Source of the DNA: Minisyncoccia bacterium
GTDB lineage: Bacteria > Patescibacteriota > Minisyncoccia > Phycocordibacterales > UBA9973
DNA: 64,000 nucleotides
Direction of reading: 5' to 3'
Assembly: GCA_038244685.1 (NCBI GenBank)
Contig: JBBRTD010000002.1
Location: 2,924 to 66,923, forward strand
A program made the translations under genes and the position numbers. The stretch's first letter is position 1. Every line of letters begins with the position of its first letter. Shown here piece after piece: positions 29,237-39,635 of the stretch. The notes beneath the pieces are model-generated. The model was given only the letters and a program-made list of their open reading frames with translations. It was not told where the DNA came from and searched no databases.

Positions 29237-30238
29237 ATGGAACAACTAAACGACAGTAAAATTAGTGTCATGGGATTAGTAATAATTACGATTATCGGGG
29301 TAATTTTTATTATTGGTTATTATTTTAAATATTTGAATAATAATCACAAGGAAGTATCTGCATTGATCGTTGATAACTCTGTTGATAAATATTTGTCCTT
29401 AATTTCTACTGAGAATATGCTATCTTCTGTTGGCATTCCAAATGCAACGAATAGTCCATTACTTTGGGGTGCATATGTTGGAGATGGTCAAAATGATTTA
29501 GCTGATTTTGAAAATTTAGTTGGGAAAAAAGTTAACTTGTATGCAGATTTTGAAAGCTGGGAAAATAGTTTTCCTTCGGGGCTTTTTTCTGCCGTTGGTC
29601 AATCTGGTAAAACTCTCATTATTTTCTGGGAACCAAATTTTGGATACGATAAGATAATTAATGGCGATTACGATGATTATATTAAGCAATTTGCTGTTGA
29701 TGCCAAGAAATACTCATACCCAATTATCTTAGTCCCTTTTGATGAAATGAATTTAAATGAAGAAGCTTGGGGTTATGGTCAAAATAATAATACTGCTTCT
29801 AAATTTATTACTGCCTGGAAGCATGTTCATGATTTATTTAAAGATACACCTAATGTAGATTTTGGCTTGGCTTATAATAGTGTTTCTATTCCAAATATTA
29901 AAGGTAATTTGTTTTCTGATTATTATCCAGGGAGTGATTATGTTGATTATATTGGTTTAGATGGTTTCAGTTTTAAAAATTTATGGAAATCATTTAAAGA
30001 TATTTTTGATGATCCAATGAATAAAATATCCTCATATGATAAACCAATAATTATTTTTTCATTAGCTTCTGAAGATAGCTCTCAAAAAGCATCATGGATA
30101 AGTGATGGGCTAGGTCAACATATCAAAACTTATAAAAATATTGCTGGTTGGGTTTGGTTTAATGAGGGAGGAGTGCCCAACTGGCAGGTTAATTCAGATC
30201 AAGAATCACTAAAAGCTTTTAGGTCGATTTTGCCATAA
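29237..30238 (+). CDS. GH26-like glycoside hydrolase, membrane-anchored
   Basis: WEP, DEMN acid/base region, YYPGSDYVDYIGLDGF and WVWFN. Confidence 0.8.
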   Translation: MEQLNDSKISVMGLVIITIIGVIFIIGYYFKYLNNNHKEVSALIVDNSVDKYLSLISTENMLSSVGIPNATNSPLLWGAYVGDGQNDLADFENLVGKKVNLYADFESWENSFPSGLFSAVGQSGKTLIIFWEPNFGYDKIINGDYDDYIKQFAVDAKKYSYPIILVPFDEMNLNEEAWGYGQNNNTASKFITAWKHVHDLFKDTPNVDFGLAYNSVSIPNIKGNLFSDYYPGSDYVDYIGLDGFSFKNLWKSFKDIFDDPMNKISSYDKPIIIFSLASEDSSQKASWISDGLGQHIKTYKNIAGWVWFNEGGVPNWQVNSDQESLKAFRSILP

Positions 30239-30253
30239 TAAATATATAAAATT

Positions 30254-31276
30254 ATGAAAATATCACTATTAGTTCCGTGTTATAACGAAGAAAAGTCATT
30301 AGAGGCGTCTATTAAGTCCTGCTTAGATCAAACACGCCCCTTCGATGAATTAATATTTGTGAATGATTGCTCAAAGGATAGTTCACCAGAAATATTGTCT
30401 CGTTATTCTGGTTTTATCTATTCGTATAGGACTCCCAAAAACACTGGTAATAAAAGCAGTGCCCAAGAGTATGGCCTACAGTTTATTAATGGAGATATTG
30501 TTGTTATGACAGATGCAGATACTTTGCTTAGTCGGACTTTTGTTGAAGAAATAGAAAAAAGTTTTAGTGATTCACAGGTTGTTGCGGTTGCGGGGCGGGT
30601 TCAAAGTATTTCTTATAATTGGCTAACTTTATGCCGAGCTTATGAATATGCTATCGGACAGAATATTCATAAAGTTGCACAAGGATATATAAACTATATT
30701 TTTGTTATGCCAGGTGCCGCTAGTGCTTTTAGAGTTGATGCTTTCCGTAAAAATATTTCTTTTGATCATGACACTCTAACTGAGGATTTAGATTTCACTT
30801 ATAAATTACATGATCGTAATTTGAAAATTATTTATAATCCAAAAGCTATTTCTTACACTCAAGATCCTGCAGATTTAAAAAACTATATTAATCAGCTCAG
30901 GCGCTGGTTTGGGGGAGGATGGCAAAATTTACTTAAACACTACACCTCTGCTCCTTTGAATTTAATTATGGCATTTGAACTTTCTTTGCTTTATTTTGAA
31001 GGTTTAATCTTTTCTATTTTATTGTTTTTGATAATTATTATTAACACCTGGATGGCCTTAATGTTACTAATCGGATATTTAGGAATTGCGACATTACTTG
31101 GTGTTTGGATGGCCATAAAAGAGAAGAGGTGGACTTTAGCTATTGCTCCTTTCCCTTATATGATTTTAATTTTTATTAATGCTTATATTTATTTAGAACA
31201 ATTTATTAAGGAAGTAATTTTTAGAAGAAGAAATTTAATTTGGTTCAAGCCAGAACGCTTGGACCTAAAACATTAA
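30254..31276 (+). CDS. Processive GT2 glycosyltransferase
   Basis: VPCYNEE, DADT, TED and QLRRW (D,D,D,QxxRW) motifs; C-terminal TMs. Confidence 0.92.
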   Translation: MKISLLVPCYNEEKSLEASIKSCLDQTRPFDELIFVNDCSKDSSPEILSRYSGFIYSYRTPKNTGNKSSAQEYGLQFINGDIVVMTDADTLLSRTFVEEIEKSFSDSQVVAVAGRVQSISYNWLTLCRAYEYAIGQNIHKVAQGYINYIFVMPGAASAFRVDAFRKNISFDHDTLTEDLDFTYKLHDRNLKIIYNPKAISYTQDPADLKNYINQLRRWFGGGWQNLLKHYTSAPLNLIMAFELSLLYFEGLIFSILLFLIIIINTWMALMLLIGYLGIATLLGVWMAIKEKRWTLAIAPFPYMILIFINAYIYLEQFIKEVIFRRRNLIWFKPERLDLKH

Positions 31277-31280
31277 TTTT

Positions 31281-31550
31281 ATGATGACACCATTTATTGG
31301 GCTTTCGACATTTATTCATATTCTTTTAATTCTTATTTATAGGCTTTTTCACTTGAAACAGGGAAGTCACTTATTTATATATAAACATCGGTCGATTAAG
31401 GCTTTATTAGGATTATTCATTATTTTTGGTATGTTTAGTTTTATTTTTGTTTCCGCAGTTTTTATGTTGCACGCTAGTGTTACAGAAGAACATTCCTCGA
31501 TTCATATTATTGGTAATTATATAAATTCATTTAATTATTATGAGTCGTAG
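31281..31550 (+). CDS. Small two-TM membrane protein
   Basis: Operonic spacing after the GT2 gene; two hydrophobic segments. Confidence 0.55.
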   Translation: MMTPFIGLSTFIHILLILIYRLFHLKQGSHLFIYKHRSIKALLGLFIIFGMFSFIFVSAVFMLHASVTEEHSSIHIIGNYINSFNYYES

Positions 31551-31583
31551 AAATATTATAAAAAGATATTAAATATATATTAT

Positions 31584-34130
31584 ATGAAAAACAAAAAATT
31601 TATTTCATTTTTAATTGTTATGTTTGTGTTTATATTTGCAAATGTTTACTCAGTTCGTACTTCTTATGCCTTGGCTCCAATCGATCCACCAAATTTAATT
31701 CAGAATTCATCAGTTGAAGTTGCGAGTGGTGGTAATCCTAGTTTATGGTTACAGTCTGGCTTCGGGGTAAATAACCGTACTTTTTCTTATCCAGTTACTG
31801 GGGTTAGTGGAGGTTCGGCTATTAATGTAAAAATTTCTTCTTATACAAGCGGTGATGCCAAATGGTCTTTCCCTGAAGTTCCAATTTTGTCTAATCGTAG
31901 TTATATTTATACCGATAATTATATGTCTGACATCTCAACAGTTTTGGTCGCTGAGTACTTTGATGCAAGCCATAATCATTTATCTTACGTAGGGTTTATT
32001 CCAGTTCCAGCCTCTCCACTAAATTCTTGGGGGACAAGCAGTACAACATTTATTACTCCTGTCGGAGCTGCTTATATGACGGTATATCATTTAATTAATA
32101 ATGTTGGCTCTTTGACGACGGATAATTTTAGTCTCACGGAAGTGCCATTACCAGAAGCTTTTGATAAGGGTTTTGTTTCTTTGACTTTTGATGATGGTTT
32201 TCTTTCTCAATATCAAAATGCTTTACCAGAATTAAGTGCTGCAAATATTAAAGGGACATTCTATGTGGTCTCTCATGCTATCTCTGGTCTTTCTATTAGT
32301 AATTCATCTTTAGAGGAGGCAGATAGTTCTGCTCTTCCTTTGGACGCTCCGCTAGATTGGACTTTCTCTGGTGGGGTAAATACGATATCTACTTATCCTG
32401 TTGCAGGACATAGCGGGCAAGGGGCTTTCGCTAGTTCATTAGCTATCGACACAAATGCCGCCTGGGCCTTTAAGCCTATCTCTGTTATTAACGACTCTGT
32501 TTATTCTTTTAGTGAGTGGTATAAAAGTACAACTAATTCAGACTTGGTTGCAATAATTAATAAAACAGATGGCTCGACAATACAAGCAGATATAACAGAT
32601 TTAGTAGGGAATACTATCGGTAGCAGTGTCAGCTTACCTTCGACCAATAATGTATGGACTCAGGTTAATGCATATTTCTATGTTCCACTTGATGCCAAAA
32701 GTGTTACGGTGGTGAACCAATTAAAAGGTATTGGTGATTTAGTTATAGATGATGTAACTCTAAGTGAGCCAAATTATATGAATTCCATTCAATTAAAATC
32801 CCTACAAACAGCTGGGCAAGAAATTGGTGGACATACGCAATCACATAAAGATTTACCTTCTATATCTTTAGCTGATGCAGAAAAAGAGGTAAGTGGCGGA
32901 CTTCATGATTTATTAACAAATGGAATAGATCCAGTCTTACCTTTTGATTATCCGTATGGAAATTATAATCAGAATATACAACAAATTGTCGAGAGCTCTG
33001 GTTTTACTTCTGGCCGAACTGTTGCTCCTGGTTTTAACGGTAAAGATACAAATAAATTTGCATTACTTTCTCAGTCAGTAAATGCAGATACACCTCTCTC
33101 TACAGTTGAAGCTTGGATAAATCAGGCAATCAGTGATCACACTTGGCTTATTTTAGTTTTCCATGAAATACAAAGTGATTTAACGAAGGCTCCATTTGGT
33201 ACGACGCCAAGTAATTTACAGTTAATAGTTGATTATATTAAAAATAATAATATTGAAACTCAAACTATTAGTGGAGGTATTAGCTTAATGAATCAAACTT
33301 TGCCGCCAGAAGTTACTTTGAATAGTATTGCTATTACGACACCCGCAACTAAGCTCTCTTACACTGTAGGTGATAGTCTAGACATAGGAGGACTTATTGT
33401 AACGGGAACATATAGTGATAATTCCACAAAAATAGAAACTTTAACATCTAGTAATGTAACCGGTTTTAATAGTGCAGTTCCTGCTGTTGATCAAGTTCTA
33501 ACTATTACAATTGGTGGCAAGACTACAACTTACAAAATAAATATTCTTGCTGTTGTTCCGCCTCCAGTTGTCTTGAATAATATATCTATTACAAATCCAG
33601 CAAGTAAGCTCGTTTATAAGGTAGGTGAATTGCTTGATATTACTGGTCTTGTTATTACAGGAACATATAGTGATAACTCAACTAAGGTTGAAACATTAGG
33701 AACTGAAAGTATAACTGGATTTAATAGTTCAAGTCCTGTAAACAGTCAGATATTAACTATTACAATAAATGGTAAAACTACAACTTACACTGTTAACATA
33801 ATTAAAGATGAAGTTGTGAATAATCATGGGTCATATTCAGGTTCGTTTTTACCAAAGGATTTGAAGCTAGTCATTAAAGACTTGCCAATTGGGAAAGTTC
33901 TTGGTGCTGAAAGTTATAGATTCAATAAAGATTTAAAATTTGGTATGAAGAATGCTAGTGTGAAGGAGTTGCAATCAAAATTTAAAAAAGAAGGTGTTTA
34001 TAAAGGTCCAATTACGGGATACTTCGGAGCCTTAACAAAAGAAGTCGTTAAAAAATACCAACAAAAGAACGAATTACCTCCAACTGGATTTGTCGGACCT
34101 CTAACAAGGGAGATATTGAATACTATATAA
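31584..34130 (+). CDS. Secreted polysaccharide deacetylase (CE4/NodB) with CBM-like repeats, two Ig-like repeats and a C-terminal peptidoglycan-binding domain
   Basis: LTFDDG, GGHTQSH, YPYG and LVFHE motifs; two K..Y.VG..LDI.GL.VTGTYSD repeats; VKELQ..TGYFGALT..VKKYQ..TGFVGPLTR. Confidence 0.88.
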   Translation: MKNKKFISFLIVMFVFIFANVYSVRTSYALAPIDPPNLIQNSSVEVASGGNPSLWLQSGFGVNNRTFSYPVTGVSGGSAINVKISSYTSGDAKWSFPEVPILSNRSYIYTDNYMSDISTVLVAEYFDASHNHLSYVGFIPVPASPLNSWGTSSTTFITPVGAAYMTVYHLINNVGSLTTDNFSLTEVPLPEAFDKGFVSLTFDDGFLSQYQNALPELSAANIKGTFYVVSHAISGLSISNSSLEEADSSALPLDAPLDWTFSGGVNTISTYPVAGHSGQGAFASSLAIDTNAAWAFKPISVINDSVYSFSEWYKSTTNSDLVAIINKTDGSTIQADITDLVGNTIGSSVSLPSTNNVWTQVNAYFYVPLDAKSVTVVNQLKGIGDLVIDDVTLSEPNYMNSIQLKSLQTAGQEIGGHTQSHKDLPSISLADAEKEVSGGLHDLLTNGIDPVLPFDYPYGNYNQNIQQIVESSGFTSGRTVAPGFNGKDTNKFALLSQSVNADTPLSTVEAWINQAISDHTWLILVFHEIQSDLTKAPFGTTPSNLQLIVDYIKNNNIETQTISGGISLMNQTLPPEVTLNSIAITTPATKLSYTVGDSLDIGGLIVTGTYSDNSTKIETLTSSNVTGFNSAVPAVDQVLTITIGGKTTTYKINILAVVPPPVVLNNISITNPASKLVYKVGELLDITGLVITGTYSDNSTKVETLGTESITGFNSSSPVNSQILTITINGKTTTYTVNIIKDEVVNNHGSYSGSFLPKDLKLVIKDLPIGKVLGAESYRFNKDLKFGMKNASVKELQSKFKKEGVYKGPITGYFGALTKEVVKKYQQKNELPPTGFVGPLTREILNTI

Positions 34131-34233
34131 GTGAATCTAATAATTCATATAAACTTTTTATCTCTATTTTAAGAGATCTATATTATGATATTATATAATT
34201 TATAATATAGCTTAAATTATTTTATTCAGTAGA

Positions 34234-34488
34234 ATGAAAACCTTTAGTGAAAAAGTTTATGATGTCGTTCGAAATATTCCCAAAGGGAAGTTTTTGACAT
34301 ACAAAGAAGTTGCCAAGAAGGCAGGAAGTGAGAAGGCTAGTCGGGCAGTTGGAAATATTTTGCATAAAAATTTTGATCCGAAAATTCCATGCCACAGAGT
34401 CATCCGCTCTGATGGTAAATTTGGAGGGTACAATAGGGGGAGTCAAAATAAAAAAGAATTATTAAGGAAGGAAGGAGTAGTTTTTTAA
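34234..34488 (+). CDS. MGMT-family alkylated-DNA repair protein
   Basis: IPKG..TY..VA, RAVG and PCHRV active-site motif. Confidence 0.92.
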   Translation: MKTFSEKVYDVVRNIPKGKFLTYKEVAKKAGSEKASRAVGNILHKNFDPKIPCHRVIRSDGKFGGYNRGSQNKKELLRKEGVVF

Positions 34489-34495
34489 AATTATC

Positions 34496-34537
34496 TAAAA
34501 TCTGTTATATTCAAATAATGTCACTATCAATCGGAAT
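34496..34537 (+). repeat. attL-like copy of the ychF promoter and 5' end
   Basis: TAAAATCTGTTATATTCAAataATGTCACTATCAATCGGAAT. Confidence 0.9.
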
Positions 34538-34544
34538 GGCGTGA
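34518..34544 (+). pseudogene. Displaced 5' stub of ychF (MSLSIGMA*)
   Basis: First 20 nt are identical to the ychF start at 41970. Confidence 0.75.
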
Positions 34545-34865
34545 GCACACCTCGACATGCTATTCCTTTCTTCTTTACCATAAAGCTTCCTCCCATTCAA
34601 AAAAGGGGAATAGATTATGGATTTAGGTCAATAAAAACTATTTTAAAATAAGTATATTTATAGATAGTAGGTTTTTCCTATTTTTTGTGGCAATTTTTCT
34701 GCCCATATTTCGGTCAAATTTTAGAGAGAGGGGGTCACCCCTTCGCTTAGGCCCCCGCCTGTGTTTTTAAAATAAGTAGTGGTACCTGTGTCTAGGGATG
34801 TGTATTTTAAAAGGTTAATTTAATGGTTGGAAAATAGCCCTTTTTATGTCATTATTAAGGAATAT

Positions 34866-36884
34866 ATGGAATCATCAAAAAATAAAAAGACATCTGTAAA
34901 GTCATTAAAAAGTAATGTTAATGAAAGAGGGTTACGTACTGTGGTAAAAAATCTTCTCAAGCAAGATAAAAGACTTTGGACTTCGGAAGGTAAGTTGATT
35001 GAAAATAAATTGATTGAATTTGTACAAAAAGATGATGAAAATATTATTAAACTTCTATTAAGTGATTCCTTAACAAAAGATGCTTTTTTCCAAAAAATTT
35101 CTTCAATTTTTGTATTTAAAAAAGATGACTTTATTAACTTTGAAACGATGAGTGAGTTTTTGAATGGTTCTTATACTAATTATAGTAAACATATAGGATT
35201 GGCAAATAATTACTCTTTATTAAAAAATGCCGGTGAAGTAGTTCTGAATTTTCCATACAAGGATTGTTTTTTAGAAGGAGGGCAAGAAAAAGTAAGTGAA
35301 GGGAGAGATGAAATATTTTACAATAAAATTCTTGCAAGAGAAGAAATAAATAGACTTGAAGAAGAAAAAGTTTTTACGAACTGGATTAAATATACTGAAA
35401 AAGGGGGGAAAAAGGTGGATTCATTTGACCATAAAAAAGACAATCTTATTTTAAGAGGAAATAATTTATTAGCTTTATATTCATTGCTTCCAAAATATAG
35501 AGGACAAATAAATTTAATTTATATTGACCCACCATACAATACTGGAACAGATGATTTTAATTACAATGATAATTTTAATCATTCTAGTTGGCTAGTATTT
35601 ATGAAGAATAGATTGGAGGTAGCAAAAAAGTTATTAAGAGATGACGGTGTTATTTTTGTTCAGTGTGACGACCACGAACAAGCTTATTTGAAGGTTGTAA
35701 TGGATGAAATTTTTAATGGTGGATTTATAAATAGTATTGCTGTAAAAATGAGTGAGTTGTCTGGGACAAAAATGGCTCATTATGATAAAAAATTACCTAA
35801 AATAAAAGAATATTTATTAGTATATAAAAAAGTAACGTTTAAATTAAGAGATGTTAGAATAATAAAAACTGAGTGGGATGACGAATATAATTTGTATCTC
35901 GAGAATTTTGATGATAATTTATTAGATTTAATTACCGAGTCGGATGAAAATAAAATTGATGAAGTAAATAAAAAACTATTAAATGTAAAAATTTTAGGGA
36001 TAAAAGAAGCATTTAATAAATATAAAAATAAAAATGAAGATTTTGATGATTTTAGATTTAGGAATATAAACTTTATTGTTAGAACATCGCCATCATCCAG
36101 TGTAAAAAAAATTGCTGATATTCTTAATATCAAAAATCAAATTGTTTATGCATTGCTTTCAAAAAGAGACAAAAATATTATTATAATTCGTACAGATTAT
36201 AATAAAGCAGTAAAAGACCCAAGAATACAGATTGTCTTTGCTCGAGATTCTTTTGAACAAAAAATAGGCGATATGTGGACAGATATAAATACTACAGGTT
36301 TACATACTGAGGGGGGAGTTACTTTAGAAGGAGGAAAAAAACCCGAGAAATTACTTAACAGAATTATTGAAATGAGCACAAAAATTGGTGATATTGTTTT
36401 AGATTATCATTTAGGAAGTGGAACGACCTGTGCTGTTGCTCATAAGCTGGGTCGTAAATATATAGGTATTGAGCAATTAGACTATGGAAAAGATGACTCA
36501 GTTATAAGGTTGAACAATGTTATTAAGGGAGACAAATCAGGCATATCAGGGTTAGCTGATTGGAAAGGAGGAGGGTCATTTGTTTATGCTGAACTTGCAC
36601 AATGGAATGAAGAATATATCCAAGAAATAAAGAAAGCCAAAACAGTTAAAGATTTGACTAAAATCTATGAAAAAATGATTAAAGAAGCATTCTTTGTTTA
36701 TACTTTTGACCAATCAAAATGGAATAATAAAAAATTTGAAGAGCTTACAATTGATAACCAAAAGAAAATTCTTTTCGAGCTTCTTAATATGAATCATTTA
36801 TATATAAATTATAAAGATATAGAGGACGCGACTTATAAAATTTCTAAAGAAGATATAAAACTCAATAAAAATTTCTATGAGTAG
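34866..36884 (+). CDS. mod: Type III restriction-modification methyltransferase (Mod)
   Basis: IYIDPPYNTG catalytic motif before DYHLGSGTT SAM-binding motif (beta class), KKPEKLL. Start probably ATG 34866. Confidence 0.93.
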   Translation: MESSKNKKTSVKSLKSNVNERGLRTVVKNLLKQDKRLWTSEGKLIENKLIEFVQKDDENIIKLLLSDSLTKDAFFQKISSIFVFKKDDFINFETMSEFLNGSYTNYSKHIGLANNYSLLKNAGEVVLNFPYKDCFLEGGQEKVSEGRDEIFYNKILAREEINRLEEEKVFTNWIKYTEKGGKKVDSFDHKKDNLILRGNNLLALYSLLPKYRGQINLIYIDPPYNTGTDDFNYNDNFNHSSWLVFMKNRLEVAKKLLRDDGVIFVQCDDHEQAYLKVVMDEIFNGGFINSIAVKMSELSGTKMAHYDKKLPKIKEYLLVYKKVTFKLRDVRIIKTEWDDEYNLYLENFDDNLLDLITESDENKIDEVNKKLLNVKILGIKEAFNKYKNKNEDFDDFRFRNINFIVRTSPSSSVKKIADILNIKNQIVYALLSKRDKNIIIIRTDYNKAVKDPRIQIVFARDSFEQKIGDMWTDINTTGLHTEGGVTLEGGKKPEKLLNRIIEMSTKIGDIVLDYHLGSGTTCAVAHKLGRKYIGIEQLDYGKDDSVIRLNNVIKGDKSGISGLADWKGGGSFVYAELAQWNEEYIQEIKKAKTVKDLTKIYEKMIKEAFFVYTFDQSKWNNKKFEELTIDNQKKILFELLNMNHLYINYKDIEDATYKISKEDIKLNKNFYE

Positions 36885-39495
36885 CACTTCTTTATATCAA
36901 AAATATGATATTCGTGTAGAAGATGGGGTTATAGATGTTAGTTCTATACCATCTTTTATTTCAGATAATCTCCACTCTCGTGTTGTTTTACGACCTTATC
37001 AAGAAGAGGCACTTTCTCGTTTTATTTATTATTTTGAAAAAGATAAAAATAAACTTACTCCGGTACATCTACTTTTCAATATGGCCACAGGGACTGGTAA
37101 AACAATTATAATGTCTAGTGTAATGCTTCATCTTTATACAAAAGGATATCGAAATTTTGTATTTTTTGTTGATAAGGACAATATTGTACAAAAAACAATT
37201 GAAAATTTTACAGACAACACAAGCCCTAAATATAGTTTTTCACCATCAATAGTAATAGATGGAAAACGTGTTTTGGTTCGTAAGGTAGAGAATTTTTCAG
37301 ATAGTGATAATAAAGCAATAAATATCAAATTTAGTACTCTTGCAGGGCTACACAGTGAAATTACCTTTCCAAAAGAAGAAGGGTTATCTATGGACGATTT
37401 TAAGCTCAGAAAAACTGTATTTTTATCAGATGAAGCCCATCACGTTAATGCTTCAACAAAAAAGAAAGAATTAGATGAAGAGGAAAAATCTTGGGAATAT
37501 ACTGTAATGAAATTACTTAATTCAAATCTTGAAAATGTTTTATTGGAGTTTACTGCAACAATCGATGAAAGACACGAAAAAATAGTTGAGAAATATTCTG
37601 ATAAAATAATTTTTAAATATGACCTAAAAAGATATATAGCTGATAAATATTCTAAAGATATTTTCTTATATAAAACTCCAGAGGGGATAGATGACCGTAT
37701 TTTACATGCTCTTATTCTCTCTCAGTATCGTCGTAAGTTAGCGGGGAAATATGGGATGTCCTTTAAACCAGTTGTACTTATAAAATCTAAAACAAAAAAA
37801 GAAAGTGAAAATACTGAAATACTTTTCTATAATCTATTACAAAAATTGAAAGTAAATGATATAGAACGCATAGAAAAACAAGTAAAAGTAAATATAGATA
37901 ATAAGGTAGCAGTTAAAGCTTTTGATTTTTTTAAAAAAGAAGGTATTTCTTTTGCTGAACTTATTAAAGAACTCCAGATTGAATTTTCAAAAGAAAGAAG
38001 AATACAAATGAATGATGATAGTCAAAAAGTTGCGCAGTCTAAGCTCTTGAATTCTCTTGAAGAAGAGTCTAACAAAATTCGTGTTATTTTTCAGGTAAAA
38101 AAACTTGATGAGGGTTGGGATGTATTAAATCTTTTTGATATTGTCAGAGCATATGAGACACGAGATACTGGTACTATAACTACGTCCGAAGCTCAGCTTG
38201 TGGGAAGAGGGGCGAGATATTATCCATTTATTATTGAACCAAGCCAAGAAAAAGATAAAAGAAAATATGACGAAGAGCCAGAAAATGAACTTAGGGTTTT
38301 AGAACAACTTTATTATCATTGTCAGAATGACCATAGATATATCTCTGAAATCAAAAATGCTCTTCAAAAAACCGGAATAGATTTAGATAATAAAAAGATG
38401 ATTGAACTTAAATTAAAAGATTCTTTCAAAAAATCTTTATTTTATACCCAAGCATTTGTATATACTAATAAGCAACAAAAAAAAGATAGGAAAAATATTA
38501 AATCATTAAAAGATATAGATTTGGACAAATTAACACATACAGATTCTCTTTCAACTGGAGTATCTGGAGTAGAAGGTATTTTTGCAAATAGTACCGAAAA
38601 GACCTCATCAAATAATGTTAAAATAGTTAGCGAAAAAATTTCTGTAAAAGAAATACCTATTCACATAACGAGAACTGCTATTGATACTTTTCCATTTTTT
38701 GATTTTGCTAATTTAAAAACATATTTACCCAACATAAAAAGTCGTGATGAATTTATCACATCTGACTCATATGCCGGAAACATTCGCATTGAAATTGATG
38801 GCCCAGAAGACAGGATAAAGAATATAAAAAATGATAATGAATATTTATACTCAATTTTAATAAGAAAAGTATTTGAAGATTTGAAAAATAAGATTGTATA
38901 TAACTCTTTTGAATATGAAGGGACTGATGAATTTATGCCTTACGAGATTAACAAACTTATTAAAGATAAGATTATTCAAATTGAAGTAAATAATGAAAGT
39001 GATAAAGAAAACGGCAAAGCTATGGGTGGAACTGAAACAGAGATTCATCTTGATTTATCAAATATTGATTGGTATTCACATACTGAGAATTATGGAACAT
39101 CTGAAGAAAAGTACCTCATAAAGGCAATATTGGGATTTGTAGATTCTATCAAGAGTAAATACGACAATGTTTATCTTATTCGTAACGAGAGACAAGTAAA
39201 GATATTTGATACCAAGGGGCGTGCTATTGAACCTGATTTCTTGTTATATACTATAAAAAAGAATCAGAAAGACACCTCTTACTATCAATTATTTATTGAA
39301 CCAAAGGGAGCACACTTATTGAAAGAAGATTCTTGGAAGGAGGATTTTTTGAAAGGATTAAACAAAAAATATAAAGGAAAATCTAACTTAATTGAAACAC
39401 CAGAATATTATATATTTGGTTTGCCTTTCTTTAATGAACAAAAAACAAAACGAGAATTTGAAACTGATTTAAAAAAGAAACTCCAGCTAAAATAA
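36877..39495 (+). CDS. res: Type III restriction endonuclease (Res)
   Basis: LRPYQ, MATGTGKT, DEAHH, FTAT, EGWD, QLVGRGAR and C-terminal PDF...EPKG nuclease motifs; overlaps mod by 8 nt. Confidence 0.93.
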   Translation: MSSTSLYQKYDIRVEDGVIDVSSIPSFISDNLHSRVVLRPYQEEALSRFIYYFEKDKNKLTPVHLLFNMATGTGKTIIMSSVMLHLYTKGYRNFVFFVDKDNIVQKTIENFTDNTSPKYSFSPSIVIDGKRVLVRKVENFSDSDNKAINIKFSTLAGLHSEITFPKEEGLSMDDFKLRKTVFLSDEAHHVNASTKKKELDEEEKSWEYTVMKLLNSNLENVLLEFTATIDERHEKIVEKYSDKIIFKYDLKRYIADKYSKDIFLYKTPEGIDDRILHALILSQYRRKLAGKYGMSFKPVVLIKSKTKKESENTEILFYNLLQKLKVNDIERIEKQVKVNIDNKVAVKAFDFFKKEGISFAELIKELQIEFSKERRIQMNDDSQKVAQSKLLNSLEEESNKIRVIFQVKKLDEGWDVLNLFDIVRAYETRDTGTITTSEAQLVGRGARYYPFIIEPSQEKDKRKYDEEPENELRVLEQLYYHCQNDHRYISEIKNALQKTGIDLDNKKMIELKLKDSFKKSLFYTQAFVYTNKQQKKDRKNIKSLKDIDLDKLTHTDSLSTGVSGVEGIFANSTEKTSSNNVKIVSEKISVKEIPIHITRTAIDTFPFFDFANLKTYLPNIKSRDEFITSDSYAGNIRIEIDGPEDRIKNIKNDNEYLYSILIRKVFEDLKNKIVYNSFEYEGTDEFMPYEINKLIKDKIIQIEVNNESDKENGKAMGGTETEIHLDLSNIDWYSHTENYGTSEEKYLIKAILGFVDSIKSKYDNVYLIRNERQVKIFDTKGRAIEPDFLLYTIKKNQKDTSYYQLFIEPKGAHLLKEDSWKEDFLKGLNKKYKGKSNLIETPEYYIFGLPFFNEQKTKREFETDLKKKLQLK

Positions 39496-39498
39496 TAT

Positions 39499-39630
39499 AT
39501 GGATGAAGAAACATTTGAAATAGCTAAAGATAATGACTTAAGTTTAGATGAAGCAGAAGAGCTTCAGAGTGTTATAGAAGAGACAGGGCTTGATGCTGAT
39601 GAAGCCTTAGAAGTTATGCAAGAATTTTAA
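39499..39630 (+). CDS. Uncalled 43-aa highly acidic protein (MDEETFEIAKDNDLSLDEAEELQSVIEETGLDADEALEVMQEF)
   Basis: Fills the gap between the res stop (3 nt) and the next start (5 nt); 17 D/E against 1 K. Confidence 0.8.
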   Translation: MDEETFEIAKDNDLSLDEAEELQSVIEETGLDADEALEVMQEF

Positions 39631-39635
39631 TATAT

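Noticed and set aside
35395-35420. Phase-variable simple repeat in mod (G6 tract)
   Set aside because: Too short, and no tetra- or pentanucleotide tract was seen; the frame is intact.
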